Below, one piece after another: positions 27,162 to 38,165 of a stretch of 64,000 bases of DNA. The notes under the pieces were generated by a model that had not been told where the DNA came from, did no database searches, and saw only the letters and a list, made by a program, of their open reading frames with translations. Location of the stretch: contig JBAZBI010000016.1 of the NCBI GenBank assembly GCA_041671545.1, forward strand, positions 20,637 through 84,636. Direction: 5' to 3'. Source of the DNA: Ignavibacteriaceae bacterium (GTDB lineage Bacteria > Bacteroidota > Ignavibacteria > Ignavibacteriales > Ignavibacteriaceae). Within the stretch, counting starts at the first letter, position 1. Every line of letters starts with the position of its first letter. Position numbers and translations under genes: made by a program.

Positions 27162-29981
27162 TTATAATTCTTTTTTTAAATGATTCCCCGTTAAACTCTT
27201 TTTCACTTTAACAATTTGTTCGGGAGTTCCTTCCGCAATAATTTCTCCGCCAAATTCCCCGCCGCCAGGACCAAGATCAATGATCCAATCGGCAGTTTTT
27301 ATAACGTCAAGATTATGCTCAATAATAATAACCGTGTTTCCTTTATCAACAAGTTTGTTCAACACATGCAGAAGAACGCGCACGTCTTCAAAATGCAAAC
27401 CGGTTGTTGGTTCATCCAAAATATATAAAGTTTTACTGGTGCTAACTTTACTTAATTCCGCTGCAAGTTTTACACGCTGTGCCTCTCCGCCGGAAAGTGT
27501 TGTAGCTTGCTGACCAAGTTTTATATAGCCCAAACCAACATCGTGCAGAGCTTTAATTTTTCTGTTGATGCGCGGCAAATCTTCAAAAAGATCAAGTGCA
27601 TCATCAACTGTCATTTCAAGCACGTCGGCAATCGATTTTGTTTTGTAAAGAACCTCCAACGTTTCCCGGTTGTACCGTTTACCATGACAAACTTCGCATG
27701 TAACGTAAACATCGGGCAAAAAATTCATTTCGATTTTTTTTAGTCCGGCACCACCGCAATCCTCGCATCTTCCGGCGGTAACGTTAAAGCTGAATCTTCC
27801 GGCAGCGTAGCCGCGCATTTTTGATTCAGGCAATTGAGTGAATAAATCTCTTATAAATGTAAACAAACCAGTGTACGTAGCCGGATTTGAGCGAGGAGTG
27901 CGTCCAATCGGTGTTTGATCGATCTCAATTATTTTATCAAGATTTTCCAATCCTTCAATTTTTTTGTAAGGAAGCGGAACCAATTTCGATTGATAAATGT
28001 CTTTCATCAAAATTTTTACAAGAGTTTCATTCACCAGTGAAGATTTTCCCGAACCACTAACACCGGTAACTGCTGTTAACGCACCAAGTGGAATGGAAAG
28101 ATTTACATTTTTTAAATTATTTCCTGAAGCCCCTTTAAGTTTTAAATATTTTCCGTTTCCACTTCTTCTGGTCTTCGGAAGTACAATTTGTTTTTTACCG
28201 GTCAAATAATCGATTGTTGATGAAGTAAATCCGTTATCTGCTTCCAGCAATTTTTTAGTTTCACCATGTGCACAAACTTCACCTCCATGTACGCCGGCTG
28301 CAGGTCCCAAATCAATTAAATAATCCGACTGCTCCATTGTTTCTTTGTCATGCTCAACAACAATTACAGTGTTGTTCAAATCGCGCAATTTTTTTAAGGA
28401 TGAAATCAATTTTACATTATCGCTTTGATGAAGCCCGATGCTCGGTTCATCCAGTACATACAACACTCCGGAGAGCTGCGTTCCAATTTGTGTTGCCAAA
28501 CGGATGCGTTGCGATTCTCCGCCGGATAAAGTTTTTGCACTTCTATTTAAGGTTAAATACTCCAAACCTACGTTCAGTAAAAAATCAAGACGAGTTGAAA
28601 TTTCTTTTAAAATCGGTTTTGCAATAATTTCATCGTTCCCTTTTAAGCGCACTGAAGCAAAAAAATCTTTTGTTCTGCTTATAGAGAGTGAAGTAACTTG
28701 ACTTATATTTTTTTCTTGGAACGTAATCGCAAGCGATTCTTTTTTTAATCTTCCACCGTTGCATGTTGTGCAAGTTTTCGTGTTCATGTAGGATTCAACC
28801 CACTCATGAATTTTAGGGGAGGATGAATTGGTAAAATTATTTTGAAGGAAGGTGAATATCCCTGAGAATTTATGATGATAAGTTACCGGTTTTCCGCTCC
28901 CATATGTATATGAAAAAGCAATTTTCTCCTTCGTTCCCTCGAGCAAAATTTCTTTTTGTTCTTTTGTTAGATTTTTTAACGGAGTATCAAAAGTGAATTC
29001 AAATTTTTCTGCAACCGCTTTAAGCTGTGTGAATATCCACGTAGAACGGGGCTTGCCTAAAGGGGCAATTCCTTCTTCGTTAATTGATTTCTTCCAATCC
29101 GGGATAATAAGATCAATGTCAAGTTCTTTCTTCTCGCCAAGTCCTTCACAATCGGGACATGAACCGTATGGTGAATTGAATGAAAAAGAATTTGGAGCTA
29201 ATTCTTGATAACTGATTCCACAATCAAGGCACGCCAAATGTCTGCTGAATAGAAAATCTTTTTCACCATCATTTACAACTATGCTGCCGTTTCCGTAATT
29301 AAGCGCAACTTCAAGGGATTCGGTAATCCGTGCTGAAGTTCCAGCTTCAACTTTAACTTTATCAATTACAATCTCGATATTATGAATTTTGTACCGGTCA
29401 ATTTGGTAACCTTTGGTGATTTCACAAATCTCATTATCAATGCGTACGCGGAGGAATCCATCGTTTTGAATTTCTTCAAACAATTCCCGGTAGTGTCCTT
29501 TTCTTCCGCGAACAACCGGTGCAAGAATAAGAATTTTCTTCCCCTTCAACTCTTCTAAGATTGTATCTATTATTTGCGTCGATGATTGCTTTGCCACCGG
29601 TTTACCACAGTTATAACAATGGGCAACGCCAACACGAGCATAAAGCAAGCGAAGGTAATCGTAAATTTCAGTCACTGTGCCAACGGTCGAACGGGGATTT
29701 CCGGAGGCAGCTTTTTGTTCGATTGAAATTGCGGGACTTAGACCTTCAATCGAATCGACATCTGGTTTTTCAAGCATATCAAGAAATTGGCGAGCATACG
29801 CGGAGAGGCATTCAATATACCTTCGCTGTCCTTCAGCATAAATAGTGTCGAAGGCAAGTGAGGACTTTCCGGAGCCGGATAACCCGGTAATTACCGTTAA
29901 ACTGTTCCTGGGAATCTCGACATCAATATTTTTAAGATTGTGTTGTCGAGCCCCTTTTATAATTATTTTTTCTGTTTCCAA
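27162..29981 (-). CDS. uvrA: excinuclease ABC subunit A
   Basis: 939 aa. [23 protein letters not shown], zinc fingers, second [10 protein letters not shown], two LSGGE signatures. Confidence 0.97.
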   Translation of the reverse strand: METEKIIIKGARQHNLKNIDVEIPRNSLTVITGLSGSGKSSLAFDTIYAEGQRRYIECLSAYARQFLDMLEKPDVDSIEGLSPAISIEQKAASGNPRSTVGTVTEIYDYLRLLYARVGVAHCYNCGKPVAKQSSTQIIDTILEELKGKKILILAPVVRGRKGHYRELFEEIQNDGFLRVRIDNEICEITKGYQIDRYKIHNIEIVIDKVKVEAGTSARITESLEVALNYGNGSIVVNDGEKDFLFSRHLACLDCGISYQELAPNSFSFNSPYGSCPDCEGLGEKKELDIDLIIPDWKKSINEEGIAPLGKPRSTWIFTQLKAVAEKFEFTFDTPLKNLTKEQKEILLEGTKEKIAFSYTYGSGKPVTYHHKFSGIFTFLQNNFTNSSSPKIHEWVESYMNTKTCTTCNGGRLKKESLAITFQEKNISQVTSLSISRTKDFFASVRLKGNDEIIAKPILKEISTRLDFLLNVGLEYLTLNRSAKTLSGGESQRIRLATQIGTQLSGVLYVLDEPSIGLHQSDNVKLISSLKKLRDLNNTVIVVEHDKETMEQSDYLIDLGPAAGVHGGEVCAHGETKKLLEADNGFTSSTIDYLTGKKQIVLPKTRRSGNGKYLKLKGASGNNLKNVNLSIPLGALTAVTGVSGSGKSSLVNETLVKILMKDIYQSKLVPLPYKKIEGLENLDKIIEIDQTPIGRTPRSNPATYTGLFTFIRDLFTQLPESKMRGYAAGRFSFNVTAGRCEDCGGAGLKKIEMNFLPDVYVTCEVCHGKRYNRETLEVLYKTKSIADVLEMTVDDALDLFEDLPRINRKIKALHDVGLGYIKLGQQATTLSGGEAQRVKLAAELSKVSTSKTLYILDEPTTGLHFEDVRVLLHVLNKLVDKGNTVIIIEHNLDVIKTADWIIDLGPGGGEFGGEIIAEGTPEQIVKVKKSLTGNHLKKEL

Positions 29982-30056
29982 TATTTTCGTAAGTCTCTAT
30001 TTTTAAAGAGTTATTTTAGTAATCATTATTTTGAAAAACAAATTTTTCCATCGCAA

Positions 30057-30692
30057 ATGTCACAATCGTCAAATTCATTACAACAAATTACGATAGTTGA
30101 AGGTTTCAACGAGTATATTTTTAAAGAAAAAGGATCGATTTTTACCGGACAAGTCTTCCCGATCAACAATAGTTCTGAAGCCAAAAACATTCTTTCCGAA
30201 GTAAAGAAAAAGTACTATGACGCCACACATCACTGCTACGCCTTCAAATGTGCAAACGGCGACTCAAAGTTCAGCGATGACGGAGAACCTTCGGGAACAG
30301 CCGGCATTCGGCTCCTAAACGCAATCTCTCACTTTGATCTAACAAACGTGTTGGTAGTTGTCATCCGCTATTTCGGTGGGACAAAATTAGGTGTTGGTCC
30401 ATTGGGAAAAGCATATTATTTAAGCGCGATGGAAGCGCTTGATCGAAGTAAAAAAGTTATTAAATATCCGGCTCAAAAAGCTACACTTTCATTTTCTTTT
30501 GATTACGTGAATATCATTCATAAACTGTTGGCAGAAAACGAAATTAAAATTGTAAGCACAGATTATTCTGATGAAGTCTCTTTATCGGTTACTATTAAAA
30601 CAGAAGTTGTTAGCAAAGTTGGAGAATCGTTGATTGCGGTTACAGCTGGACAGATGAAAATTAAAATTGATCCCGAAATTATTTTTATTTAG
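30057..30692 (+). CDS. yigZ: YigZ/IMPACT family protein
   Basis: KGSIFTG..., ATHHCYAF, DDGEPSGTAG, RYFGGTKLG. ATG at 30057; the ORF upstream of it overlaps the uvrA start. Confidence 0.8.
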   Translation: MSQSSNSLQQITIVEGFNEYIFKEKGSIFTGQVFPINNSSEAKNILSEVKKKYYDATHHCYAFKCANGDSKFSDDGEPSGTAGIRLLNAISHFDLTNVLVVVIRYFGGTKLGVGPLGKAYYLSAMEALDRSKKVIKYPAQKATLSFSFDYVNIIHKLLAENEIKIVSTDYSDEVSLSVTIKTEVVSKVGESLIAVTAGQMKIKIDPEIIFI

Positions 30693-31107
30693 TTCGCTTT
30701 AACCGGTTATGATAGATTTTCACCCATTCCAAATCACTCAACAAATTACGTAAGTTTGAAAATGATTCCGCCGTTAATGCCAGGTATTTTTCTGCAAACA
30801 TTTCCTTCACTTCGGTTTCTGAACCGGCAAGAAGCGTTTTCAAATCAGCCGAAATCCTTTCCATGTTTTCCGTTAAATCATTTTTAATCTGCGCAAGATT
30901 TTTTATTTCCGGATTTGTTCCTGCCTGCTGAATCACACGAAGCAATCCTTGAATATATTTAGCGGTGAAGGTTGTTGAGAAGAATAATTCTTCGTTCAAT
31001 GAATCAATGGCAGAAGATACGAGCGTTAGTAAGTCTTGCTTTACTAATAATTTGTTTTCAGAGAATTTCTCTACTTCATCACAGAAGCGAGTAGAATCTT
31101 TAATCAT
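30685..31107 (-). CDS. hypothetical all-helical protein
   Basis: 140-aa ORF. Its start overlaps the O-methyltransferase stop by 8 nt. No recognisable motif. Confidence 0.45.
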   Translation of the reverse strand: MIKDSTRFCDEVEKFSENKLLVKQDLLTLVSSAIDSLNEELFFSTTFTAKYIQGLLRVIQQAGTNPEIKNLAQIKNDLTENMERISADLKTLLAGSETEVKEMFAEKYLALTAESFSNLRNLLSDLEWVKIYHNRLKRTK

Positions 31108-31795
31108 TTTTATCTATTCGCTTTTTGGTTTTTACAGCCAAACCAATTCCATCGCCTATTGTTAAAATGGTCGCCTTCAAATTTTGCTGCGACATAAAAA
31201 CCGAATTAAACTCTCTAATCATTTTGGTTGAATTCTTGAATTTCTTCGGAACTCGCGAAGCCGCAGCGTATCCATGCCACAAAAGATTGTCAACAAAGAG
31301 AATTCCTTTTTTCTTCAACAGCATAAGCGAATAATCGAACAGACGCTTGTAATCTTCTTTATCGGCATCAAGGAAAATAAAATCATATTTACCGGAAAGT
31401 GTGGGCATTAATTCAAGCGCATCACCTTTGTAGAGAACAATTTTTTCAGCTAAACCCGATTTGCTAATATTTTCTTCCGCAAGTTTAATATTGTCTTCAC
31501 TCTTTTCAATTGTGTGAAGCACAGCTTTGTTGGAGAAGTTACGTGCAATCCTTATCGATGAATAACCGATTGCGGTTCCGATCTCTAAAACTCTTTTCGG
31601 TTTAGTGATTTTAATTTGTAATTCGAGAAAGGCAGCAGCGTGGCGGTCAAGGATCGGAATTCGATTTTCCATGGCGAAGGATTCCATTTCGAGGATCAAT
31701 TCATTTTCCACCTTGTGGAAGCTATCTAAATAACGAAGTTGATTTTCATCGATCATATTGTTACTCATATTTTTTGTCTTCACAAATTTATGCAA
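31100..31795 (-). CDS. class I SAM-dependent O-methyltransferase (caffeoyl-CoA OMT-like)
   Basis: VLEIGTAIGYSS, FIFLDADKEDY, LFVDNLLWHG. Confidence 0.8.
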   Translation of the reverse strand: MHKFVKTKNMSNNMIDENQLRYLDSFHKVENELILEMESFAMENRIPILDRHAAAFLELQIKITKPKRVLEIGTAIGYSSIRIARNFSNKAVLHTIEKSEDNIKLAEENISKSGLAEKIVLYKGDALELMPTLSGKYDFIFLDADKEDYKRLFDYSLMLLKKKGILFVDNLLWHGYAAASRVPKKFKNSTKMIREFNSVFMSQQNLKATILTIGDGIGLAVKTKKRIDKND

Positions 31796-31797
31796 TT

Positions 31798-32250
31798 TTA
31801 TTTCCCGGAATGTCCGAATCCCCCTTCGCCTCTGTGGCTGTCATTCAGATTGTCTGCTTCTGTAAATTTTGCCTGATATACTTTAGAAACAACAAGTTGC
31901 GCAATTCTTTCGCCGCGGGAAATTTTGTAATCTTCTTCGCCAAGATTTATTAAAATTATTTTTACTTCGCCGCGGTAATCGGAATCAATTGTCCCAGGTG
32001 AGTTTAAAACCGTTATCCCGTGCTTTAACGCTAATCCGCTTCTCGGTCGAACTTGTATTTCATATCCGTCGGGAATTTCAACAGAAAAGTCTGTTGGAAC
32101 CAATCCGATTTTCCCTTTCGGAATAATCATTTCTTCCTTCACTGCTGCGGCAATATCTAAACCGGCACTTCCGTGTGTAGCATATACGGGAAGCGGGATA
32201 TCTGCAAACTCATCAGAGAGCCGTTTTACTTTGATGTTAATTTCATTCAT
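31798..32250 (-). CDS. dut: dUTP diphosphatase
   Basis: GSAGLDI, RSGLALKHGI, IDSDYRGE, RGEGGFGHSG. Confidence 0.93.
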   Translation of the reverse strand: MNEINIKVKRLSDEFADIPLPVYATHGSAGLDIAAAVKEEMIIPKGKIGLVPTDFSVEIPDGYEIQVRPRSGLALKHGITVLNSPGTIDSDYRGEVKIILINLGEEDYKISRGERIAQLVVSKVYQAKFTEADNLNDSHRGEGGFGHSGK

Positions 32251-33712
32251 TGATTTTCTTTCTTAATAAAATGTTTTTAATTAGTACGATTTCATTTTTC
32301 GGAATGATATTTAATCCGAACAAACCTCCAAGAAATAGGAGAAGTAGAGAAGTCTTATAAAAGAATTCCACTGCACCGTAAAAATGAATTGAATAAAAGA
32401 GGAATGCAATTATTCCTAGCAGAAAAAAAGTTTTTCCGATTTTTCTCCATTCGTAGTTCACCGGGAAATGTTTTTGCGAAACAAAATAAAAACCAACAGC
32501 CATTACAACATAACTCATCAGAGTTGCCAGAGCAGCACCGGTAATATTTAATATTGGAATCAGCATAAAATTGACGATGACATTTGTTGCAGCCCCGGCG
32601 CTCATTAACAATGGAACTACCGAACTTTTTTCTTTAATATAAATTGCTGCGGAAAAGTTGAAGTAAAATCCATTAAACAAATACGCTAATAAAATTATCG
32701 GAACAATCGGTAAACCGCTCCAGTATGCTTCTCCAATAAGCGATTTCCCTCCGATAGAAAAGGTAGCAATGTCGTTAATGAAAAGTGAAAGGAAAAGAAG
32801 AATCAATGATCCAACAACAGTAAAAAGCGTAAAGACCTTTGAGAATAATTCCTTGGCATCTTTATCTTTTGCGTATTGCAGTGAGAACGGCTGCCACGCG
32901 TATTGAAACATCGAAACAAAAAGCATCATAAAAATTCCGAGTTTATAATTCGCTTGATAGATTCCAAGTGTTTTCAAATCGGTTAAATGTTCAACTATCG
33001 GGCGGTCAATTACTTGCATAAACATTGCAGCAATTCCACCGGGTAAATAAGGGAAACCAAATTTCATTAGTCTTTGTAAAACATCTCTATCAATTTGAAA
33101 TTTCAACTGAGAAAAAATATCCGGCAGCAAAATTAGAAACGTTACCACAGAAGCAACTAAATTGCTTATAAATACTGCCTCAATTCCCTTTTTAAGAACT
33201 ACAATTAAAATAATGTTTAAAATAATTGTTAAGACAATATTGGTGATCTTGATTGTTGAAAATTTTCCAGCCCGTCTAGCAACTCTTAAATAAATGAAAG
33301 GAAGAGCCGAGAGGGCGTCAAATAGAAGGATGATTCCGGTATAAGTTAAGAGATATGAATATTGTTCGGTAACAGCAAAAAGTTTATTAATTGCATTTCC
33401 AGACGCAAGTAATATTCCGGTGAGAAGCAGTGATGTGAAAAACAAAGTTATAAATGCTGATGAAAAGACTTTTTTCTTGTCGCTAAAATCATCCGATGCA
33501 GCGAACTTTAAATATGCGGAATCTAATCCGTACAGAAAAATAATATTTAGTAACGCAATGAGTGCATAGAGGTTTGTAACAACTCCATAATCTGCCGGTG
33601 GAAAAATGTTTGTATAAAAAGGAACGAGAAGAAAATTTAAAAACCTTCCAACCATTGTACTGATGCCGTATAATGCCGTGTCTTTTGTAAGCTGCTTTAT
33701 TTTTTCTCTCAT
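32243..33712 (-). CDS. MOP-superfamily polysaccharide/oligosaccharide flippase
   Basis: 489 aa, about 14 TM helices, N-terminus typical of Wzx-like proteins. Overlaps the dut start by 8 nt. Confidence 0.72.
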   Translation of the reverse strand: MREKIKQLTKDTALYGISTMVGRFLNFLLVPFYTNIFPPADYGVVTNLYALIALLNIIFLYGLDSAYLKFAASDDFSDKKKVFSSAFITLFFTSLLLTGILLASGNAINKLFAVTEQYSYLLTYTGIILLFDALSALPFIYLRVARRAGKFSTIKITNIVLTIILNIILIVVLKKGIEAVFISNLVASVVTFLILLPDIFSQLKFQIDRDVLQRLMKFGFPYLPGGIAAMFMQVIDRPIVEHLTDLKTLGIYQANYKLGIFMMLFVSMFQYAWQPFSLQYAKDKDAKELFSKVFTLFTVVGSLILLFLSLFINDIATFSIGGKSLIGEAYWSGLPIVPIILLAYLFNGFYFNFSAAIYIKEKSSVVPLLMSAGAATNVIVNFMLIPILNITGAALATLMSYVVMAVGFYFVSQKHFPVNYEWRKIGKTFFLLGIIAFLFYSIHFYGAVEFFYKTSLLLLFLGGLFGLNIIPKNEIVLIKNILLRKKINE

Positions 33713-33742
33713 GGTTTTGGAAATATTTGCTTCTTCTTCATT

Positions 33743-34165
33743 TTATTTTGATTGATAAAAAGGAAGAATAATATCCATATAAAATTGGGGAGGACGAGTG
33801 GGGCGTTTTGTTTCTGTCTTTATAAAAAGATGATCGGTAAATCCTTCGGCGACAATTTCTTTGTCGGGTGATTCTGCTTTTCTAATTACATAATGAATTC
33901 TGAATTTTGGATTTGGAAGTTCAGCAACAGTTGACTCAATTTCCAGCAAGTCATCATAAAATGCCGGAGATTTATATTTAACGGAAGCTTCTATAACCGG
34001 AAGCTGATAACCATTATTTTCAACCACGCTGTAGGGCAGCCCAAGTGAGCGCAACAATTCTGTTCTCCCGACTTCAAAATATTCCAAATATTTCCCGTTG
34101 TAAACGAACTGCATTTTGTCGGTATCAGCATATCGCACGCGAATAGTAGAGATGTGTTTGAGCAT
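33743..34165 (-). CDS. acyl-CoA thioesterase (YbgC/4HBT family)
   Basis: VRYADTDKMQFVYNGKYLEYFEVGRTELLR hot-dog fold signature. Confidence 0.82.
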   Translation of the reverse strand: MLKHISTIRVRYADTDKMQFVYNGKYLEYFEVGRTELLRSLGLPYSVVENNGYQLPVIEASVKYKSPAFYDDLLEIESTVAELPNPKFRIHYVIRKAESPDKEIVAEGFTDHLFIKTETKRPTRPPQFYMDIILPFYQSK

Positions 34166-34206
34166 ATTATCGAGTTAATTTTTCTAAGTCGTCTAAATCT
34201 TTGAAT

Positions 34207-34479
34207 CTACTTATCACTCAATTTAACAACTTCAAGAAATCTCTGAAGTCTTTCGGTATCCGGATCATAACCAAACATAATTTGTCTTAAATATTCTATC
34301 GCTTCAAGTCTTTCTTGGAACGATTTTGAAAGCCAATATTTCTTATCATCACTATTTGCCGATTTGAAATCTCCAACTGAAAGATGTGATTTATCAACTT
34401 GAAATTGTTCAATTTTTTTACTCAATCCAGGCTCCCATTTTACCAAATTTTTCCAATCGCATATCAACCAACTTTTCAT
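34207..34479 (-). CDS. small conserved-looking hypothetical protein (start uncertain)
   Basis: 90-aa ORF. The C-terminal part [28 protein letters not shown]...RLQRFLEVV looks protein-like. The first 62 nt overlap the accA 3' end. Confidence 0.3.
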   Translation of the reverse strand: MKSWLICDWKNLVKWEPGLSKKIEQFQVDKSHLSVGDFKSANSDDKKYWLSKSFQERLEAIEYLRQIMFGYDPDTERLQRFLEVVKLSDK

Positions 34480-35368
34480 GTTTTATTTTTTCCAGAAGTT
34501 GTAATTCTTCGATTAAAACTTTTTTCAAAATTGATGCAGCAAGTTCCTGGTCTTTATGAGCGCCACCGAGCGGTTCCGGAACGATCCTGTCAATCACTTT
34601 TTGTTCGAGCAAATCCGGCGCAGTTAGCCTTAACGATTCGGCTGCCTGCTCTTTGTATTCCCAACTTCGCCATAAAATACTTGAACATGATTCGGGACTG
34701 ATAACAGAGTACCATGTATTTTCCAACATCAATATTCTGTCACCGATTCCGATGCCTAAAGCGCCGCCGCTTGCTCCTTCACCAACTATTACAACGATGA
34801 TAGGAACTTTTAATCTGCTCATCTCTAATAAATTTCTTGCGATAGCTTCAGCCTGTCCCCGTTCTTCAGCTTCAAGACCGGGATATGCGCCAGGTGTATC
34901 GATCATGGTAATAATTGGACGATGAAATTTTTCAGCAAGCTTCATCAGGCGTAATGCTTTTCGGTAACCTTCGGGATTCGGCATTCCAAAATTTCTGAAA
35001 AGATTCGATTTTGTATCGCGCCCTTTTTGATGACCTATGATCATCACTTTATGATCATCAATTTTAGCAAACCCGCCAACTATCGCTTTATCATCCCCAA
35101 AAGTTCTGTCACCGTGTAATTCAAGAAAATTTTGCGTCATCATGTAAATGTAATCAAGTGTGTAAGGACGCTCAGGATGGCGAGCAAGTTGAACGCGCTG
35201 CCAGCGGGTCAAGTCTTTATAAATCGATTCTTTTAGTGTTTCCACTTTATCCTCAATTATTTTAATTTCACTTGCGATATCAAGGTTGTCCGAAACTTTT
35301 TTCATTTCGGCTAATTTTTCTTCTAGTTCATAAATAGGTTTTTCAAAATCTAAAATTGTTTTTGCCAT
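34418..35368 (-). CDS. accA: acetyl-CoA carboxylase carboxyltransferase alpha subunit
   Basis: [42 protein letters not shown]. Confidence 0.94.
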   Translation of the reverse strand: MAKTILDFEKPIYELEEKLAEMKKVSDNLDIASEIKIIEDKVETLKESIYKDLTRWQRVQLARHPERPYTLDYIYMMTQNFLELHGDRTFGDDKAIVGGFAKIDDHKVMIIGHQKGRDTKSNLFRNFGMPNPEGYRKALRLMKLAEKFHRPIITMIDTPGAYPGLEAEERGQAEAIARNLLEMSRLKVPIIVVIVGEGASGGALGIGIGDRILMLENTWYSVISPESCSSILWRSWEYKEQAAESLRLTAPDLLEQKVIDRIVPEPLGGAHKDQELAASILKKVLIEELQLLEKIKHEKLVDMRLEKFGKMGAWIE

Positions 35369-35371
35369 CGT

Positions 35372-37351
35372 TTATTTCCTTCTTGCCCTTAGCAAGAAAA
35401 ATGTTTTGCTTATAATTTCCAAGTCTAGCCAAATGTTTTGATTCTTTGCGTAAAATATATCCAATTTTTCTAAGTTTTCCTCGTTTTCGAAATCAGTAAA
35501 CCAAATTCCTGTAAGTCCCCGTTTCCCTAAAAAAAGATCCGAAGTGTGGTTCTCTTTTGGTCCGACAAAACTGCATTTTCCCTTAATCACGGACGGAACT
35601 GCTAAGATGAAATCAGCAAAGCCTGAATGACTTAGTGTCATTTTATTTTTCATGTAGCAAAAGGGATAAAAAAAGAAGAGGAAGAGAAATCCAAAGAATA
35701 AATCAAAAGAACGTTTAATGAAGCGATGTCCCATTTGCGAAATATTGTAAGTGATTTCTATGAAAGGAATATCTTCCAGAAGATAGACAGAGGATTTTCC
35801 AACCAGAAAATCGAGGTTAGAGCCAGCAAGTTTGAATTCAACATTTTCTTTTTGACATTCCGCAACAACGCTCATCATTGCAGTGTATGAGACTTCCTCC
35901 GAAGGAAAAATTACCTCGCTGATTTTTTTTTCGCGGATAACTTTTTGAATATTCTGAAGACTTCCCACAACTTCAAAATTACCAAAATGTTCACCTATCT
36001 CTTTCCTCGTTTCAGAAATTAACCCGATGATCGAATGATAGCTGGTCGATTTTTCTTTTAGCTTTTTAGCAATTGCAAGAGATGATTTTGTAGTTCCAAC
36101 CACAAGTGTTTTAACAATAGTTTTATCCACCTGCGGCAAACCGATTTTGAATATGAGTCTGAATAAAATTCGCCAACCGGCAAATAGGAAAACCAATACG
36201 ATAAAAGTTAAAAGAACAACTCCGCGGCTGTAGGCAAAATCTTTAAAGAAATAAGTAAGCGAAGAAATGACAAAAAAACCGGAAAGAAGCGCGGGAAAAA
36301 TCCGTAGAACCGGCAGCGTGTCTTTTTTATAGGCTCCCGAACTTGCGCTCACCAAAATTTGTACTAACGCAGGAATTGTAAAAACAATTAAGTGAGTTGA
36401 TTCGGGAAAACCTCTCCAAGTTCGAAAATGAGAGTAGAGTTTTTCGGTTGTGAATAAAGAAAGGTTAAAAAATAAAAAATCCAACAGAACGGCAATTAAC
36501 GTTAGTTTTTGTTTACCGAAAAATGCCAGCAGCTGCCGGAAAATAATTGCACTTCTGAGTATGATTTCAACCAATAAAGACGAGGCAAAATGCTTTTTAA
36601 CAAAAAGATGCATCGCGTTATAAAAAACTTTCGTTTCGTCAAGACTGCTCCGTTTGGTGCTTTCACCTTTGTAATGAATGATCGTAGTATTATGGACGTA
36701 ATAAACTTTCCATCCCGATTTTTGCACGCGGTAGCACCAATCAAGATCCTCACCATACATAAAAAACTGCTCATCAAGTCCGCCGATCTTTTCAAAAACT
36801 TCCCGTCTTAACATCATGAACGAACCTGAAATTGCATCCACTTCATAAGATCGGTTCTCATCCATAAAGGTCAAATTATATCGTGCAAATAGTTTACTCT
36901 TCGGGAAGAGTGAACTTAATCCGCTCACTTTACAAAAAGATGTCCATGGACCTGGGAAACTTCTTCTACAAGCCAACTGTAACGTACCATCGGGATTAAG
37001 GATTTTACATCCAACCATACCGGCATCTTTAGTATCGTTGAAAAACTGGATCAATTTTTCAAAGGTATCTTCTTGAACAATTGTATCAGGATTAAGTAGA
37101 AGTAAATATTTCCCCTTCGCAATTTTCAATCCAAGATTGTTCGCTTTGCTAAATCCCAAGTTTATCTTACTTGAAATTAAAGTAACCTTTGGGAATTTTT
37201 CACGTAGCATTTCAATACTACCATCATCAGAACCATTATCCACAACAATAATTTCGGTTGAAAGATTTGTGATAGCTTTAAATAGAGACGCAAGAAGATT
37301 TTGTAAAAATTCTTTTACATTGTAATTGACGATGATAATTGAAAGGTCCAA
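35372..37351 (-). CDS. fusion protein: GT2 glycosyltransferase + TM region + WbaP-like middle domain + degenerate sugar-phosphotransferase C-terminus
   Basis: N-terminus IIIVNYN...VVDNGSDDGS...NPD...YGEDLDW (GT2), then ~5 TM helices. LVVGTTKSSLAIAKKL... resembles the WbaP central domain. The C-terminus keeps FVGPKE, RGLTGIWF and DIFYAKNQNIWLDLEI but lacks the KFRSM and DELPQ segments. Confidence 0.7.
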   Translation of the reverse strand: MDLSIIIVNYNVKEFLQNLLASLFKAITNLSTEIIVVDNGSDDGSIEMLREKFPKVTLISSKINLGFSKANNLGLKIAKGKYLLLLNPDTIVQEDTFEKLIQFFNDTKDAGMVGCKILNPDGTLQLACRRSFPGPWTSFCKVSGLSSLFPKSKLFARYNLTFMDENRSYEVDAISGSFMMLRREVFEKIGGLDEQFFMYGEDLDWCYRVQKSGWKVYYVHNTTIIHYKGESTKRSSLDETKVFYNAMHLFVKKHFASSLLVEIILRSAIIFRQLLAFFGKQKLTLIAVLLDFLFFNLSLFTTEKLYSHFRTWRGFPESTHLIVFTIPALVQILVSASSGAYKKDTLPVLRIFPALLSGFFVISSLTYFFKDFAYSRGVVLLTFIVLVFLFAGWRILFRLIFKIGLPQVDKTIVKTLVVGTTKSSLAIAKKLKEKSTSYHSIIGLISETRKEIGEHFGNFEVVGSLQNIQKVIREKKISEVIFPSEEVSYTAMMSVVAECQKENVEFKLAGSNLDFLVGKSSVYLLEDIPFIEITYNISQMGHRFIKRSFDLFFGFLFLFFFYPFCYMKNKMTLSHSGFADFILAVPSVIKGKCSFVGPKENHTSDLFLGKRGLTGIWFTDFENEENLEKLDIFYAKNQNIWLDLEIISKTFFLLRARRK

Positions 37352-37362
37352 GCCAACTCAAT

Positions 37363-38082
37363 TTATAATAAGTGAAAAATGCTTCGGAGCCGAAGTTTCC
37401 AAACAAGAAACACAGCTTCGCGTACAATCTTTTTGGACATTTTTGAATGTCCCGAATGGCGATCGATAAAAATGATGGGAACTTCACAAAATTTAAATCC
37501 GTTATGAATTGCTTTGAAATTCATTTCGATTTGAAATGCGTATCCGTTGGATTTTATTTTATTCAAATCAATCGACTCTAAAACTTTTCTGCGAAAACAT
37601 TTGAATCCGCCGGTTGAGTCGCTTATCCGCATCCCGGTAATTACTCTCGTGTATTTGTTTGCGAACCAACTGAGCATTAACCGCTGCATCGGCCAGTTAA
37701 CAACATTTACTCCGTTTTTATAGCGGCTCCCGATAACAAAATCGCAATGTTCAATCGCGGTTAAAAAGTTTTTTATTTCTTTCGGATCGTGCGAATAATC
37801 AGCATCCATTTCAAAAATGTAATCATAATCGTGTTCCAATGCGTAAGTGAATCCGGCGCAATAAGCTGTTCCCAAGCCCAGCTTTTTTTCTCGATGAAGT
37901 ACATGTACTTTATCATTCTTTGCACTTAATTCATCAACATATTTGCCTGTGCCGTCGGGAGAGTTGTCATCGACAACAAGAATTTCCACATCTATCGGAT
38001 GGCGCTCTAATATATCCGGAATCAATTTCGTAATGTTCGCTAATTCATTGTATGTCGGTATTATAATCAGTGTTTTGGGCAT
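37363..38082 (-). CDS. polyprenol-phosphate mannose/glucose synthase (Dpm1-like GT2)
   Basis: IIIPTYNE, VVDDNSPDGT, MDADYSHDP, GGFKCFRR. Confidence 0.85.
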   Translation of the reverse strand: MPKTLIIIPTYNELANITKLIPDILERHPIDVEILVVDDNSPDGTGKYVDELSAKNDKVHVLHREKKLGLGTAYCAGFTYALEHDYDYIFEMDADYSHDPKEIKNFLTAIEHCDFVIGSRYKNGVNVVNWPMQRLMLSWFANKYTRVITGMRISDSTGGFKCFRRKVLESIDLNKIKSNGYAFQIEMNFKAIHNGFKFCEVPIIFIDRHSGHSKMSKKIVREAVFLVWKLRLRSIFHLL

Positions 38083-38090
38083 AAAAAGTC

Positions 38091-38111
38091 TTTAGTTTTC
38101 AGTAATCAGTT
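38091..38111 (-). repeat. 21-nt leader motif, copy 2 (upstream of Dpm1-like gene)
   Basis: TTTAGTTTTCAGTAATCAGTT. The minus strand reads ACTATTA ACTGATT ACTGAAA ACTAAAG ACTTTTT ATG. Confidence 0.7.
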
Positions 38112-38165
38112 AATAGTTTAACGCAAAAAATTGAAAAAAGCAATTCTCAATTCCTAATTCGTAAT

